DNA of 64,000 bases from a virus, in the IMG/VR virus record IMGVR_UViG_3300020477_001012, positions 64,001-128,000 of that record. One strand, 5' to 3'. The notes below the pieces were generated by a model. It worked only from the letters and a program-made list of their open reading frames with translations. It did not search any database and had not been told where the DNA came from. Of this stretch, positions 9,683-18,758 are shown piece by piece. Position 1 is the stretch's first letter. Every line of letters starts with the position of its first letter. The translations under genes were made by a program, and so were the position numbers.

Positions 9683-10775
9683 AGTCACATTTGACGACGA
9701 CATTGTAAGCAATCAGATCAACAGTAAATATGGGGATATTATTGAGTCTGGCAGCAAAGTGCTGGCCAGCTTAGAAGAATTTGAGACTCTAGGCGTATCT
9801 CCAGCATTAGACATTGCTCTCGGTGGAGGATTGAGAGAGGGTAGCTGCGTGGTGATCACGGGCGACCCAAAGACTGGAAAAACGACTACCGCTCTCTATT
9901 TCGCAGCTAAAGCGCAAAGGGCCGGTAAAAAGGTGTACTACTTTAACACCGAGGGCCGCCTGACCAAGGAAAATTTCACAGGCATAAAAGACCTGAACAT
10001 AGAAGAAATTAAAATCGTACAGGCAACCGATAATCAGCCAGTTGTCTCTGCTGAGAAGTTTTTAAATACTCTGGAGGCACATGTCAAGGGTACTCCAGAT
10101 CTAGTGGCTATTATAGACTCTGCTTCCAACATGGTCCCGCAAGACGAACTAGATGGAGAAATTCGTACCGGTGTTCGTAATGCCCTACCCCGCTTACTGT
10201 CTATGTTCTTAAAAAGAATCAGCAATGATGTCGCAAGAACTAAGGCCATTCTCATTTTTATCACCCATAATATTGCTAATACTGGCGGTAGTAGATGGGC
10301 ACCCGCAAAGATGGCTGACTGCGGGAACATGTTACAGTTCCAAGCTGGAACCAACATGGTAATAACACACAGGGGCAAATGGGACGCCACCAATGATAGC
10401 GGCAGAGATGTAGGGCAAGTGGCCAACTGGGTGGTTAAAACTTCTGCTGCTGGAGGCATCCCCAACTCTACGGCAATGAGTTGGATTAGGTATGGTGTGG
10501 GTATTGATGAGGTACAAGAGATAGCTCAAATTGCAAATGAGTTTGCGCTGGTCAAACGTAGCGGAGCTTGGTACACGCTCAGCACAGCTATTGAAAACAA
10601 AGACGATCCCACGATTAGAAGTTGGTTGACAGAAATCGGCGTGAACCCAGACTCAGACGAAGAAGTAGAGAAGGCGTTTAAATTCCAAGGTATGGAAAAA
10701 TTAACTTCATTCTTAGAGAACAACGAGACGATAACTAGCTTTATATATGACCAGATCAAAGAGATCCTGCTGTGA
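9663..10775 (+). CDS. recA: RecA/UvsX recombinase
   Basis: LDIALGGG, Walker A GDPKTGKTT, IIDS, YGVGID, VKRSGAWY. Confidence 0.93.
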   Translation: MPKKKNKVTFDDDIVSNQINSKYGDIIESGSKVLASLEEFETLGVSPALDIALGGGLREGSCVVITGDPKTGKTTTALYFAAKAQRAGKKVYYFNTEGRLTKENFTGIKDLNIEEIKIVQATDNQPVVSAEKFLNTLEAHVKGTPDLVAIIDSASNMVPQDELDGEIRTGVRNALPRLLSMFLKRISNDVARTKAILIFITHNIANTGGSRWAPAKMADCGNMLQFQAGTNMVITHRGKWDATNDSGRDVGQVANWVVKTSAAGGIPNSTAMSWIRYGVGIDEVQEIAQIANEFALVKRSGAWYTLSTAIENKDDPTIRSWLTEIGVNPDSDEEVEKAFKFQGMEKLTSFLENNETITSFIYDQIKEILL

Positions 10776-11191
10776 AAGTCGTAGGACTGAACGGAAGGGA
10801 ATACAATCTTGACCTCAAAAAGTACATGAGCAATGACAGATTAAAGGTATCCAAGTATCACTCTAAAGCCCGAGACCTTATCCACCAAGTGTTTCATGGT
10901 TACAATATACTAGAAGAAGTAAAGCTACCGGGATCGGTAAATCCGGCAAGAAAATCTGTTTTATACCTTGACTTCCTAATTCCAAATGTTAAAATGGGGG
11001 TTGAAGTTCATGGCAGACAACACTATGAGTTTGTTCCATTTTTTCATAAAAGCAAAGCAGGGTTTGCAAAAGCAAAGAAACGCGACCTAGATAAAAAAGA
11101 ATGGTGTAGAATCAATGACATCACGTTGGTTGAACTAAAATGGAACGAAGACATAGATCATTGGAGGGAGAAAATTGAGCGTAGCAGATAG
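10772..11191 (+). CDS. PD-(D/E)XK / DUF559-Vsr-like endonuclease
   Basis: LYLDFLIP...GVEVHGRQHY...KKRDLDKKEWC..NDITLVEL. Confidence 0.75.
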   Translation: MKVVGLNGREYNLDLKKYMSNDRLKVSKYHSKARDLIHQVFHGYNILEEVKLPGSVNPARKSVLYLDFLIPNVKMGVEVHGRQHYEFVPFFHKSKAGFAKAKKRDLDKKEWCRINDITLVELKWNEDIDHWREKIERSR

Positions 11192-11636
11192 ACTACAAAA
11201 GTTTCTGTCTGGAATCGATACTTACGTAACCGGAAGCAATATAGCGCCGACTAAGTTCAGTCCAGAATTTGCCGTGGCCGAAACGCTGAGTGTAGAGCAA
11301 ATGGAGAACTTAACTCAGGACGATTGCTTTCATTATGCTTATCAGTTATACCAGTATGCGGATCACATAGCTTGGCAGAGGGCATCATCCGAGAACGTGG
11401 TTAGGTGGTGCAAAGACAGTCTAGGCAGCATTGTAGCCAGTGAAGTAGCAGAAATTGAAGTGCAATTTATGAAATACGAAACAAAAGTTGATCTCATAAA
11501 GCGAAATAATATTATAGCAAAGAATATCAACGAGTGGTTAATGACAGCAGAGAGCAGGCTGGAGATGCTCAAAAGCAGAGAGTATAACGTTCGTCGAAAG
11601 GCAGATATTTTAATTGAAAAAGGTAAGAGAAAATGA
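11175..11636 (+). CDS. Helical protein, possible UvsY-like recombination mediator
   Basis: About 150 aa, helical, two genes after recA. C-terminal LKSREYNVRR resembles the end of T4 UvsY (weak). Confidence 0.45.
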   Translation: MSVADRLQKFLSGIDTYVTGSNIAPTKFSPEFAVAETLSVEQMENLTQDDCFHYAYQLYQYADHIAWQRASSENVVRWCKDSLGSIVASEVAEIEVQFMKYETKVDLIKRNNIIAKNINEWLMTAESRLEMLKSREYNVRRKADILIEKGKRK

Positions 11637-12046
11637 ATCCAGAAGACATGGTCAAGTTCATTAAATCCTTAAATGGTGAACAGAAGAAACAATTTGAAAA
11701 TATCTTTAAAACCGTAGGTGAAACTATGGGAGTTCAAACAACAGGAGAAGAGTCTCTGGAGATAAATCCATCTGAACCTGAACCAACCGTAACAGAAGAT
11801 TTTAAGGTTACAAGACCCGATACCTCGAAGAATAGGAAGACACCAGTGAAGTTCAAAAAAAACAAATGGAAAGATACAGGGGAGTTTGGAGATGTGGAGA
11901 CTCCCAATTTTGAAAAGACGCCCAGAAAGAGAGGCAAGCCCAATAAGAGGCAAGTAGAATGCCACGTCTGCGGTAGAGAATTCTCTATCAATGAAAATCT
12001 TATCTATGGCGAATTTCATCGGTGCAATCGTTGTACAGGAAGATAA
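11633..12046 (+). CDS. Hypothetical protein with C-terminal zinc finger
   Basis: CHVCG...RCNRC. Confidence 0.7.
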   Translation: MNPEDMVKFIKSLNGEQKKQFENIFKTVGETMGVQTTGEESLEINPSEPEPTVTEDFKVTRPDTSKNRKTPVKFKKNKWKDTGEFGDVETPNFEKTPRKRGKPNKRQVECHVCGREFSINENLIYGEFHRCNRCTGR

Positions 12047-12049
12047 TCA

Positions 12050-13495
12050 ATGAGTCCTCAGTTATCAGATATAGGTGCGGAGCGCGCCGTTTTGGCGGGT
12101 TTATTTACCTATGGGCTAGAATCTTACGTAGAAATATCAGACCTGCTTGACCATGGAAGTTTTGGAAATCAGAACAATCAGGTTATTTACAAATGCATAG
12201 AAAAAGTCCTGCAAAATGAGGCTGAGGTTGACCTTCCCGCCATCTTGTCGGCAGCAGAACAGCTCAATCTTTCCGACGCTATAAATACCCGACAGGAGCT
12301 AGAGTATATTAACTCTTTGATGGAGTTTCCCATCAAGAAGGATAATGTAATCTATTTTGCCGCTCAAATCAAAAAGTTTGAGTTTGCCCGAAAGATTAAA
12401 AGCTTAACCTCTAAGATCTCCAGAGATGTAGAATCCATCAATGGGGATGAGTCTATAGATGACATTATTGGGATAGTAGAAAATCCCATTATGGAATTCC
12501 TCAGAGAGGATGACTCCGGGCAAAAGCCAGAAAGGCTAGGGGAAGGAGTCGAAGAGTATTTAGACTTCTTAATGGAGAATAAGTGCGACCAGATCGGCGT
12601 GCCCACTGGCTTTGCTAGATATGACGCTTCTATTGGGGGAGGATTGCGCAGAAAATGTGTTGACTTGGTTTCAGCACGACCAAAAGTTGGTAAAAGTGTT
12701 TTTGCTGATAATGTGGCCCTCAATGTGGCAAATCAGGGTGTTCCCGTCCTCATGCTCGACACCGAGATGTCTAAAGAGGACCACCTCAACCGCATCATTT
12801 CTAACCTGAGCGGTGTGCCCATTAACGAAGTGGCAACTGGTAGCTTCACCGATGACGACGAGAAAACCATTAGTGTCAAAGGGGCTATAGATCAGATCAA
12901 AGATATCCCTTATACTTATATCAGTGTGGCGGGAGCGCCTTTTGAGCAGATCATGAATGCCATTAAGAGATGGATTATGCAAGAGGTGGGTCAAGATGAG
13001 TCTGGTCGTACCAATGAATGCGTCGTCATATATGATTATCTCAAGCTGATGTCGTCTAGCTCTATAACAAACAATCTTCAAGAGTATCAGGCTCTTGGCT
13101 TTCAGATTACTTCTCTGCACAACCTGTCAGTTAAGTATGACTTCCCCTGCCTCTCTTTTGTTCAACTGAATCGAGACGGAATCACAAGAGAAACAACTGA
13201 TACAGTAAGTGGCTCTGACAGACTAATTTGGCTTTGTACATCTTTTTCTATTTTCAAGGTCAAGTCTCCAGAAGAATTAGCCGAAGATGGTCCTAATGCG
13301 GGTAACCGAAAGTTGGTCCCAGTTGTTTGCAGGCATGGCCCGGGAATGGAGGATGGCAACTATATTAACATGAGGATGCTCGGAGACCACGCCCGCTTGG
13401 ATGAGCTACGAACTAGAGATGAATTTCGCGTTGCCCCCGACTCTGATGGAGCCATTGAGGGTGCTGATTTACCATTTGATCTGGAGGATGAATGA
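12050..13495 (+). CDS. dnaB: Replicative DNA helicase
   Basis: AERAVLAG N-domain, GVPTGF, Walker A ARPKVGKS, DTEMS, YDYLKLM, VQLNR. Confidence 0.95.
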   Translation: MSPQLSDIGAERAVLAGLFTYGLESYVEISDLLDHGSFGNQNNQVIYKCIEKVLQNEAEVDLPAILSAAEQLNLSDAINTRQELEYINSLMEFPIKKDNVIYFAAQIKKFEFARKIKSLTSKISRDVESINGDESIDDIIGIVENPIMEFLREDDSGQKPERLGEGVEEYLDFLMENKCDQIGVPTGFARYDASIGGGLRRKCVDLVSARPKVGKSVFADNVALNVANQGVPVLMLDTEMSKEDHLNRIISNLSGVPINEVATGSFTDDDEKTISVKGAIDQIKDIPYTYISVAGAPFEQIMNAIKRWIMQEVGQDESGRTNECVVIYDYLKLMSSSSITNNLQEYQALGFQITSLHNLSVKYDFPCLSFVQLNRDGITRETTDTVSGSDRLIWLCTSFSIFKVKSPEELAEDGPNAGNRKLVPVVCRHGPGMEDGNYINMRMLGDHARLDELRTRDEFRVAPDSDGAIEGADLPFDLEDE

Positions 13496-13869
13496 TGCCG
13501 GTATTGAAAAGGATGTTACTGCATACAGTAAACAAGCCTTGGGGAAAGTATGAGGATCTATATAGAACAGATGAGGTTGTCCTAAAGAAGATTACCGTTG
13601 ATCCCAAACAGAGACTGTCGCTGCAAGCACACAACCATCGAGCAGAGTTTTGGGTTGTTACTGATGGCGAGTGTCTATGTGAGGTTGGACCAAATGTATG
13701 GAGACTAAGGAAATGGGGTACTATTCATATTGAGCGGGGACATGCCCACCGCCTAATAAATGACACAAGCGAACCCTGCGAGATCACCGAGTTGCAATTC
13801 GGTTTGTGTCAAGAAGATGACATAACGAGATACGAAGATGACTACTCCAGAGCAGAGCCACCGTTCTAA
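13492..13869 (+). CDS. Stand-alone cupin, mannose-6-phosphate isomerase type II C-terminal-like
   Basis: KPWGKY, RLSLQAHNHRAEFWVV, HRLIN, ELQFG..QEDDITRYEDDY. Confidence 0.88.
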   Translation: MMPVLKRMLLHTVNKPWGKYEDLYRTDEVVLKKITVDPKQRLSLQAHNHRAEFWVVTDGECLCEVGPNVWRLRKWGTIHIERGHAHRLINDTSEPCEITELQFGLCQEDDITRYEDDYSRAEPPF

Positions 13870-13878
13870 GAGGTAACC

Positions 13879-14946
13879 ATGAATATTGACCACGAAATTA
13901 AATTGGACTTTGATGATGTCTTACTCGTTCCACAGCGATCAAAAGCTGCCAGTAGAAAACAAGTGAATTTAATCCGCAATTTCAAATTCTACCATTCCAG
14001 CAGGAAGTGGAGTGGGGTGCCCGTGATGGCAGCGAACATGGACACAACTGGAACATTTGAGATGGGCAAGTGCCTGTCTAGTCATCTTATAGTAACATGT
14101 ATAAATAAACATTACTCACTAGACGACAGGATACATAACTTTCAAGAACCAGATTATATCTGGTATAGCTTGGGCATTAAAGATAAAGATCTAGATGAGC
14201 TTTTTGATTTTATCGAAAGTACAAGCATTGTGCCCAATCTATGTATTGATGTGGCCAATGGGTACACTGATGATTTTGTGTCATTCTGCGCCTTAGTAAG
14301 GAAAGAATTCAATAATTTAGGCCCAGACTATTCCCCAATCATAATGGCGGGCAATGTGTGTAGCCCAGAAATGGTGCAAGAAATTATTCTGCATGGCGGT
14401 GTAGATATAGTTAAGATTGGCATTGGTCCGGGTTCAGCATGTACTACCAGACTGAAAACAGGCTGTGGTTACCCACAATTATCTTGTATTAGCGAGTGTG
14501 CTTATGCCGCCCACGGCTTAAGGGCTGATTCTGGCAGGCTCGGACTGATTTGTGCCGATGGAGGATGCCGATACGCCGGGGATGTCGCCAAAGCATTTGC
14601 GGCTGGAGCTGACTTCGTAATGCTTGGTGGTATGCTTGCAGGGACCAGTGAGTGTGTTGGAGAGTGGGAATACGACAGAGATGGGTATAAATCCAATTTT
14701 CTATTCTATGGCATGTCATCCGAAAAGGCTCAGGAAAAACATGGGGGTGGATTAAATGGATACCGATCCAGTGAGGGTCGAGTAATGAAAATTCCCTATA
14801 AAGGCCCAGTTGAAAATGTAATAAGAGATACCCTCGGTGGGGTTAGAAGTGCCTGTGCATATACCGGAGCGATTTCTTTAAAGGATTTCTCTAAAACCGC
14901 AAGATTTGTCAGAGTAAACCGAACCCATAACAATCAATCGGTGTGA
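13879..14946 (+). CDS. guaC: GMP reductase
   Basis: LDFDDVLLVP, AANMDTTGT, CIDVANGY, KIGIGPGSACTTR, ADGG, FYGMSS, YRSSEG. Confidence 0.93.
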   Translation: MNIDHEIKLDFDDVLLVPQRSKAASRKQVNLIRNFKFYHSSRKWSGVPVMAANMDTTGTFEMGKCLSSHLIVTCINKHYSLDDRIHNFQEPDYIWYSLGIKDKDLDELFDFIESTSIVPNLCIDVANGYTDDFVSFCALVRKEFNNLGPDYSPIIMAGNVCSPEMVQEIILHGGVDIVKIGIGPGSACTTRLKTGCGYPQLSCISECAYAAHGLRADSGRLGLICADGGCRYAGDVAKAFAAGADFVMLGGMLAGTSECVGEWEYDRDGYKSNFLFYGMSSEKAQEKHGGGLNGYRSSEGRVMKIPYKGPVENVIRDTLGGVRSACAYTGAISLKDFSKTARFVRVNRTHNNQSV

Positions 14947-14947
14947 A

Positions 14948-15973
14948 ATGTACCAACAAAAAACCAAAACCATGTTAGATCTTAATCAGGTTAAACAAAT
15001 CATCTTTGACGATATATGTAAACTTTTAGACGATTTAGATTTGGAATATACCCAAGTTGCAGATAACATATTTATGCGATGTCCAATTCACGAAGGTAGC
15101 GACAATAATCAGGCGGTCTCTATATCTTTGACAAAGAACACATGGAGGTGCTGGACTCGCGGGTGTCACGAACATTATAATACAGATATTTTCGGATTTA
15201 TCAAGGGTGTGCTAGACACAGACTCCTTTTCGGAAGCACTGAAGTATGTATGCGGGTTATATGATGTTAACGGAGCGAGAACCAAAGAACAAAAGAAAGA
15301 CACTGTTAGAGACGACAACTTTAGATGTTTAATGCAAGCTATCCGCGCAAAAAGAGAAGCTAGCACACCGGAGTGGTCTAAAGAGGAAGTAGAAACTTTG
15401 AACAATTCCCCGTATTTTGAGAGCAGAGGTTTTGAGCCAGCAACATTAAAGCATTTCGGAGTAAAAGATTGCTCGGACTCAATGTCTCCTATGAGGCACA
15501 GGTCAATCATACCGATTATTTTTGACGGCGTTAGAGTGGGACACATAGCCAGATCTAACAAGCAATGGTTAACGCCCAAGTATCTATTCTCGGGAGGGTT
15601 AAGAAAAACTGATTACTTATACAACTATGATAATGCAATCTCAGCGGCCCAAAACAAGGTCGCTATGTTTCTAGTCGAGGGTCAGGGGGATGTGTGGAAA
15701 TTGTATGAGTCCGGTGTTTATAATGCAGTTGGACTGTTTGGTAAAGATGTCTCTTCGACACAGCGCACGCTGTTACTCAAAAGCGGAGTAACGACCCTGA
15801 TTATTCTTACAGACAATGATCAGGCGGGTAGAGAATCTAAAATAAAGATTAAAAGAGAGCTGGGTAGGCTGTTTAATTTGGTTTTTCCAAAAATGCACAC
15901 TAAGGATTTGGGAGACATGTCTACCGAACAAATTCACGACCAAATTCTAACAGACTTAAAAGGATGCTACTAA
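14948..15973 (+). CDS. dnaG: DNA primase (CHC2 zinc finger plus Toprim)
   Basis: CPIH...WRCWTRGC, PKYL, LVEGQGDV, TDNDQAG, KDLGD. Confidence 0.9.
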   Translation: MYQQKTKTMLDLNQVKQIIFDDICKLLDDLDLEYTQVADNIFMRCPIHEGSDNNQAVSISLTKNTWRCWTRGCHEHYNTDIFGFIKGVLDTDSFSEALKYVCGLYDVNGARTKEQKKDTVRDDNFRCLMQAIRAKREASTPEWSKEEVETLNNSPYFESRGFEPATLKHFGVKDCSDSMSPMRHRSIIPIIFDGVRVGHIARSNKQWLTPKYLFSGGLRKTDYLYNYDNAISAAQNKVAMFLVEGQGDVWKLYESGVYNAVGLFGKDVSSTQRTLLLKSGVTTLIILTDNDQAGRESKIKIKRELGRLFNLVFPKMHTKDLGDMSTEQIHDQILTDLKGCY

Positions 15974-16746
15974 TGAAGATAGTTGGGATAGCAGGAAAGA
16001 AGCAAAGCGGCAAAAACACTACTGCTAATATTCTACACGGGATAGTTCTTAAAGATCAAGGGCTTGTTAGGGACTGCAACATAGACGGCGATGGTAAACT
16101 GGTGATTCTCACCTCAAATAGTCAGGGAGAGGAAGACTGGGGTGAATTTGACGTGACCAGAAAAGATGCTGCGTTCGTTGAGTACGCAGAACACAATATG
16201 TGGCCGCATGTCAAACTGTATAGCTTTGCTGACAATCTGAAACAAATATGTGTAGATCTTTTTAGTATCCCGCCGGAGTGCGCTTGGGGCACTGACGAAC
16301 AAAAGAACCAACCGCAGGAGCACCTACTTTGGGAAAACATGCCTAAAGCCATCAACTCTTCGATGATGAAAAAGCTTTTGCCGCCAGATGCACGGACATC
16401 TCATGGTTGGAAGGAAGGACCAATGACGGCCCGTGAGTTCATGCAGTTCCTTGGTACAGACGTTATGCGTAAAATGTATGAGCCGGTGTGGGTTCAGTCT
16501 TGCGTCAACAAGATTAAGCACGAGCAATCATCCCTTGCTATCGTCGCAGATGTAAGATTTCCGAATGAGGTCGACGCAATCAAAAATGCTGGTGGCTCTG
16601 TGGTTAGATTGAACAGGGCGAACAGGGCGGATAACCACCCTAGCGAAACGGCCTTAGACGACTATGATTTTGACCATTATATTGACAATACGGGTAGCGT
16701 TGACGCATTGATAAGTCAAGTTAAATCATTTCACAAGAAACTATAG
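15973..16746 (+). CDS. Deoxynucleoside monophosphate kinase
   Basis: GIAGKKQSGKNT, SFADNLK, TAREFMQFLGTD, DVRFPNE, HPSE. TAATG overlap at 15971-15975. Confidence 0.88.
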   Translation: MKIVGIAGKKQSGKNTTANILHGIVLKDQGLVRDCNIDGDGKLVILTSNSQGEEDWGEFDVTRKDAAFVEYAEHNMWPHVKLYSFADNLKQICVDLFSIPPECAWGTDEQKNQPQEHLLWENMPKAINSSMMKKLLPPDARTSHGWKEGPMTAREFMQFLGTDVMRKMYEPVWVQSCVNKIKHEQSSLAIVADVRFPNEVDAIKNAGGSVVRLNRANRADNHPSETALDDYDFDHYIDNTGSVDALISQVKSFHKKL

Positions 16747-16754
16747 AGGACAAT

Positions 16755-17792
16755 ATGCTAATTACTTATATGCGAAGCTCTAGTTACAATAACTACGACT
16801 CGTGCCAGATGCAGTATTTCATTACTTACGTATTAGGGCATCAGTCAGATAGCGGCAAGAAGGCAGAGCTAGGAACGATAGTTCACAAAGTCATGGAAGT
16901 ATTGGCTGGACTTAAAAAGTTTCAACAAGACAACAAAAGGCGTAAGTACCTAGAAATTGTTGACGACGCCGTTGGAAAGGTACGCACCCACAAAGACAAG
17001 CTGCTGACTGACGAATTAGTAGAAGAACTGCTTGATCTCAGCTTTGATTCCTACACCAAGAACTCAAAACATGCGTGGCGTCCAGCAGATAGGCGGGATG
17101 CCTTGAAATTGACACGCACGGCAATTACCTATAATGATGGAGCTTTTGATCCACGTTTTAGAGACATTGTAGATCCAGAGCCTCATTTTGATATCCCCAT
17201 CGAAGAAGATTGGGCAAAATACAATTACACGCTACCTGACGGAAAAACCGTAGAGGGGCAATTAGCCATAAAAGGAACTATTGACCTTGTGACAAGGGTG
17301 GGTGACGACACAATAGAGGTGATAGACTGGAAAACGGGGATGCGAAAGGACTGGGCTACTGGCGAAGTTAAAACATACGAAAAACTCACTGTAGATCCCC
17401 AGTTGCTATTGTATAACTACGCAATATCCAAGCTGTATCCAGACTACGAACAAGCTATTATGACCATATTTTATATTAAGGACGGCGGTCCATTTAGTAT
17501 GTGTTTTGATAAAAAAGACCAAGAAAAGTTCATGAACATGCTAAAAAATAGGTTTGAAGAGATAAAAGACAATTCAAACCCCCAGACCGTCCCGTGGAGG
17601 GACAATTTTAGGCATCCCAACCACTTCAAATGCTCGAAATGCTGCCATTTTTATAAGAATAATTGGCCAGAAACAAGTCAAAATATGTGTATATTTATAG
17701 AGAAGCACCTACAAAAACATGGACTAGAGGAAACAATTAACCAGTGTACACGTCCGGGCTTTGACATAGGCTTCTACGAGGCCCCGGGATAA
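16755..17792 (+). CDS. RecB/Cas4-like PD-(D/E)XK exonuclease with probable Fe-S cysteines
   Basis: SSYNNYDSC, GTIVHKVME, KGTIDLV, IDWKTG, QLLLY, C-terminal CSKCC...C. Confidence 0.85.
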   Translation: MLITYMRSSSYNNYDSCQMQYFITYVLGHQSDSGKKAELGTIVHKVMEVLAGLKKFQQDNKRRKYLEIVDDAVGKVRTHKDKLLTDELVEELLDLSFDSYTKNSKHAWRPADRRDALKLTRTAITYNDGAFDPRFRDIVDPEPHFDIPIEEDWAKYNYTLPDGKTVEGQLAIKGTIDLVTRVGDDTIEVIDWKTGMRKDWATGEVKTYEKLTVDPQLLLYNYAISKLYPDYEQAIMTIFYIKDGGPFSMCFDKKDQEKFMNMLKNRFEEIKDNSNPQTVPWRDNFRHPNHFKCSKCCHFYKNNWPETSQNMCIFIEKHLQKHGLEETINQCTRPGFDIGFYEAPG

Positions 17793-17796
17793 AACC

Positions 17797-18756
17797 ATGA
17801 AGGAGTTTAACATGGATCGCAGCGGAAAACGATTTTTGACGGGAATCTTAACGGCGGCTCTCATTTTTTCTAGTATGACTGTGTCCTACGCCCAGAATGT
17901 GGCCCAGCATCTTCAAGATGTAAGCGTGACCATTAAGTCAGGATTTGCTGAAGGCTCTGGAGTACTGATAACAAGAGAGCTAACAGCAAAAGACAACGAG
18001 AAGATCAAGGTTAATTTTGTCGTGACATGCGCCCACGTTATCGACAATCTCCGATCTACGCGCCAAGTCATTGAAAACGGCAGGCCCAAAACTGTTGTCG
18101 AGTTCAAAGACGCTCAAATTGTTAAAGAGTTGGTGGAGAATGGCAGAAAAGTGGGCGAACTCAAAATGGACGCCAAAGTTATTATGTACTCTGATGCGGA
18201 AGAGGGAGAAGACCTTGCCCTCCTCATGGTGCGGAAAAGAGGTTTTGTTGCCGCAAATACAGAGTTCTACTTAGAAGGCAAGCCTGTTGAAATTGGTACT
18301 GACCTATTTCATGTGGGAAGCCTACTTGGCCAGTCCGGGGCAAATTCGATGACGGCGGGCATAATGTCTCAAGTTGGTAGAGTTCTAAACTTAGGCTCTG
18401 GTGGAGGCACCGTCTTCGACCAAACTACAGTAACCGCATTCCCCGGATCTTCCGGTGGTGGTGTATTTCTCACAGACGGTAAGTATGTGGGAATGCTCGT
18501 GCGCGGAGCTGGCGAAACATTCAACTTGATTGTACCTGTACGCCGCATGCAATCTTGGGTCGAAGCCCGTGGCGCTGGGTGGGTGCTTGATCCCAAATCA
18601 AAAATGCCCACTTTAGAAGAAATTAAAAAAATAGACGTGGAAAATGATTCCGGCTCAAGTAAAACACAAAGCAAGGATGCCAAGTCGTTTCCACACCTTA
18701 TTAGAATCACTAAACCTACAGAAAACAAATCTGAAAAGATTGAGGAGAAGAAGTAG
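17797..18756 (+). CDS. Exported trypsin-like serine protease
   Basis: Sec signal ending SYA|Q; triad TCAHV, EDLALL, PGSSGGG; no PDZ domain. Confidence 0.88.
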   Translation: MKEFNMDRSGKRFLTGILTAALIFSSMTVSYAQNVAQHLQDVSVTIKSGFAEGSGVLITRELTAKDNEKIKVNFVVTCAHVIDNLRSTRQVIENGRPKTVVEFKDAQIVKELVENGRKVGELKMDAKVIMYSDAEEGEDLALLMVRKRGFVAANTEFYLEGKPVEIGTDLFHVGSLLGQSGANSMTAGIMSQVGRVLNLGSGGGTVFDQTTVTAFPGSSGGGVFLTDGKYVGMLVRGAGETFNLIVPVRRMQSWVEARGAGWVLDPKSKMPTLEEIKKIDVENDSGSSKTQSKDAKSFPHLIRITKPTENKSEKIEEKK

Positions 18757-18758
18757 TC

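Noticed and set aside
13879-14946. IMP dehydrogenase
   Set aside because: AANMD, IDVANGY, FYGMSS and YRSSEG motifs and the lack of CBS domains match GuaC.
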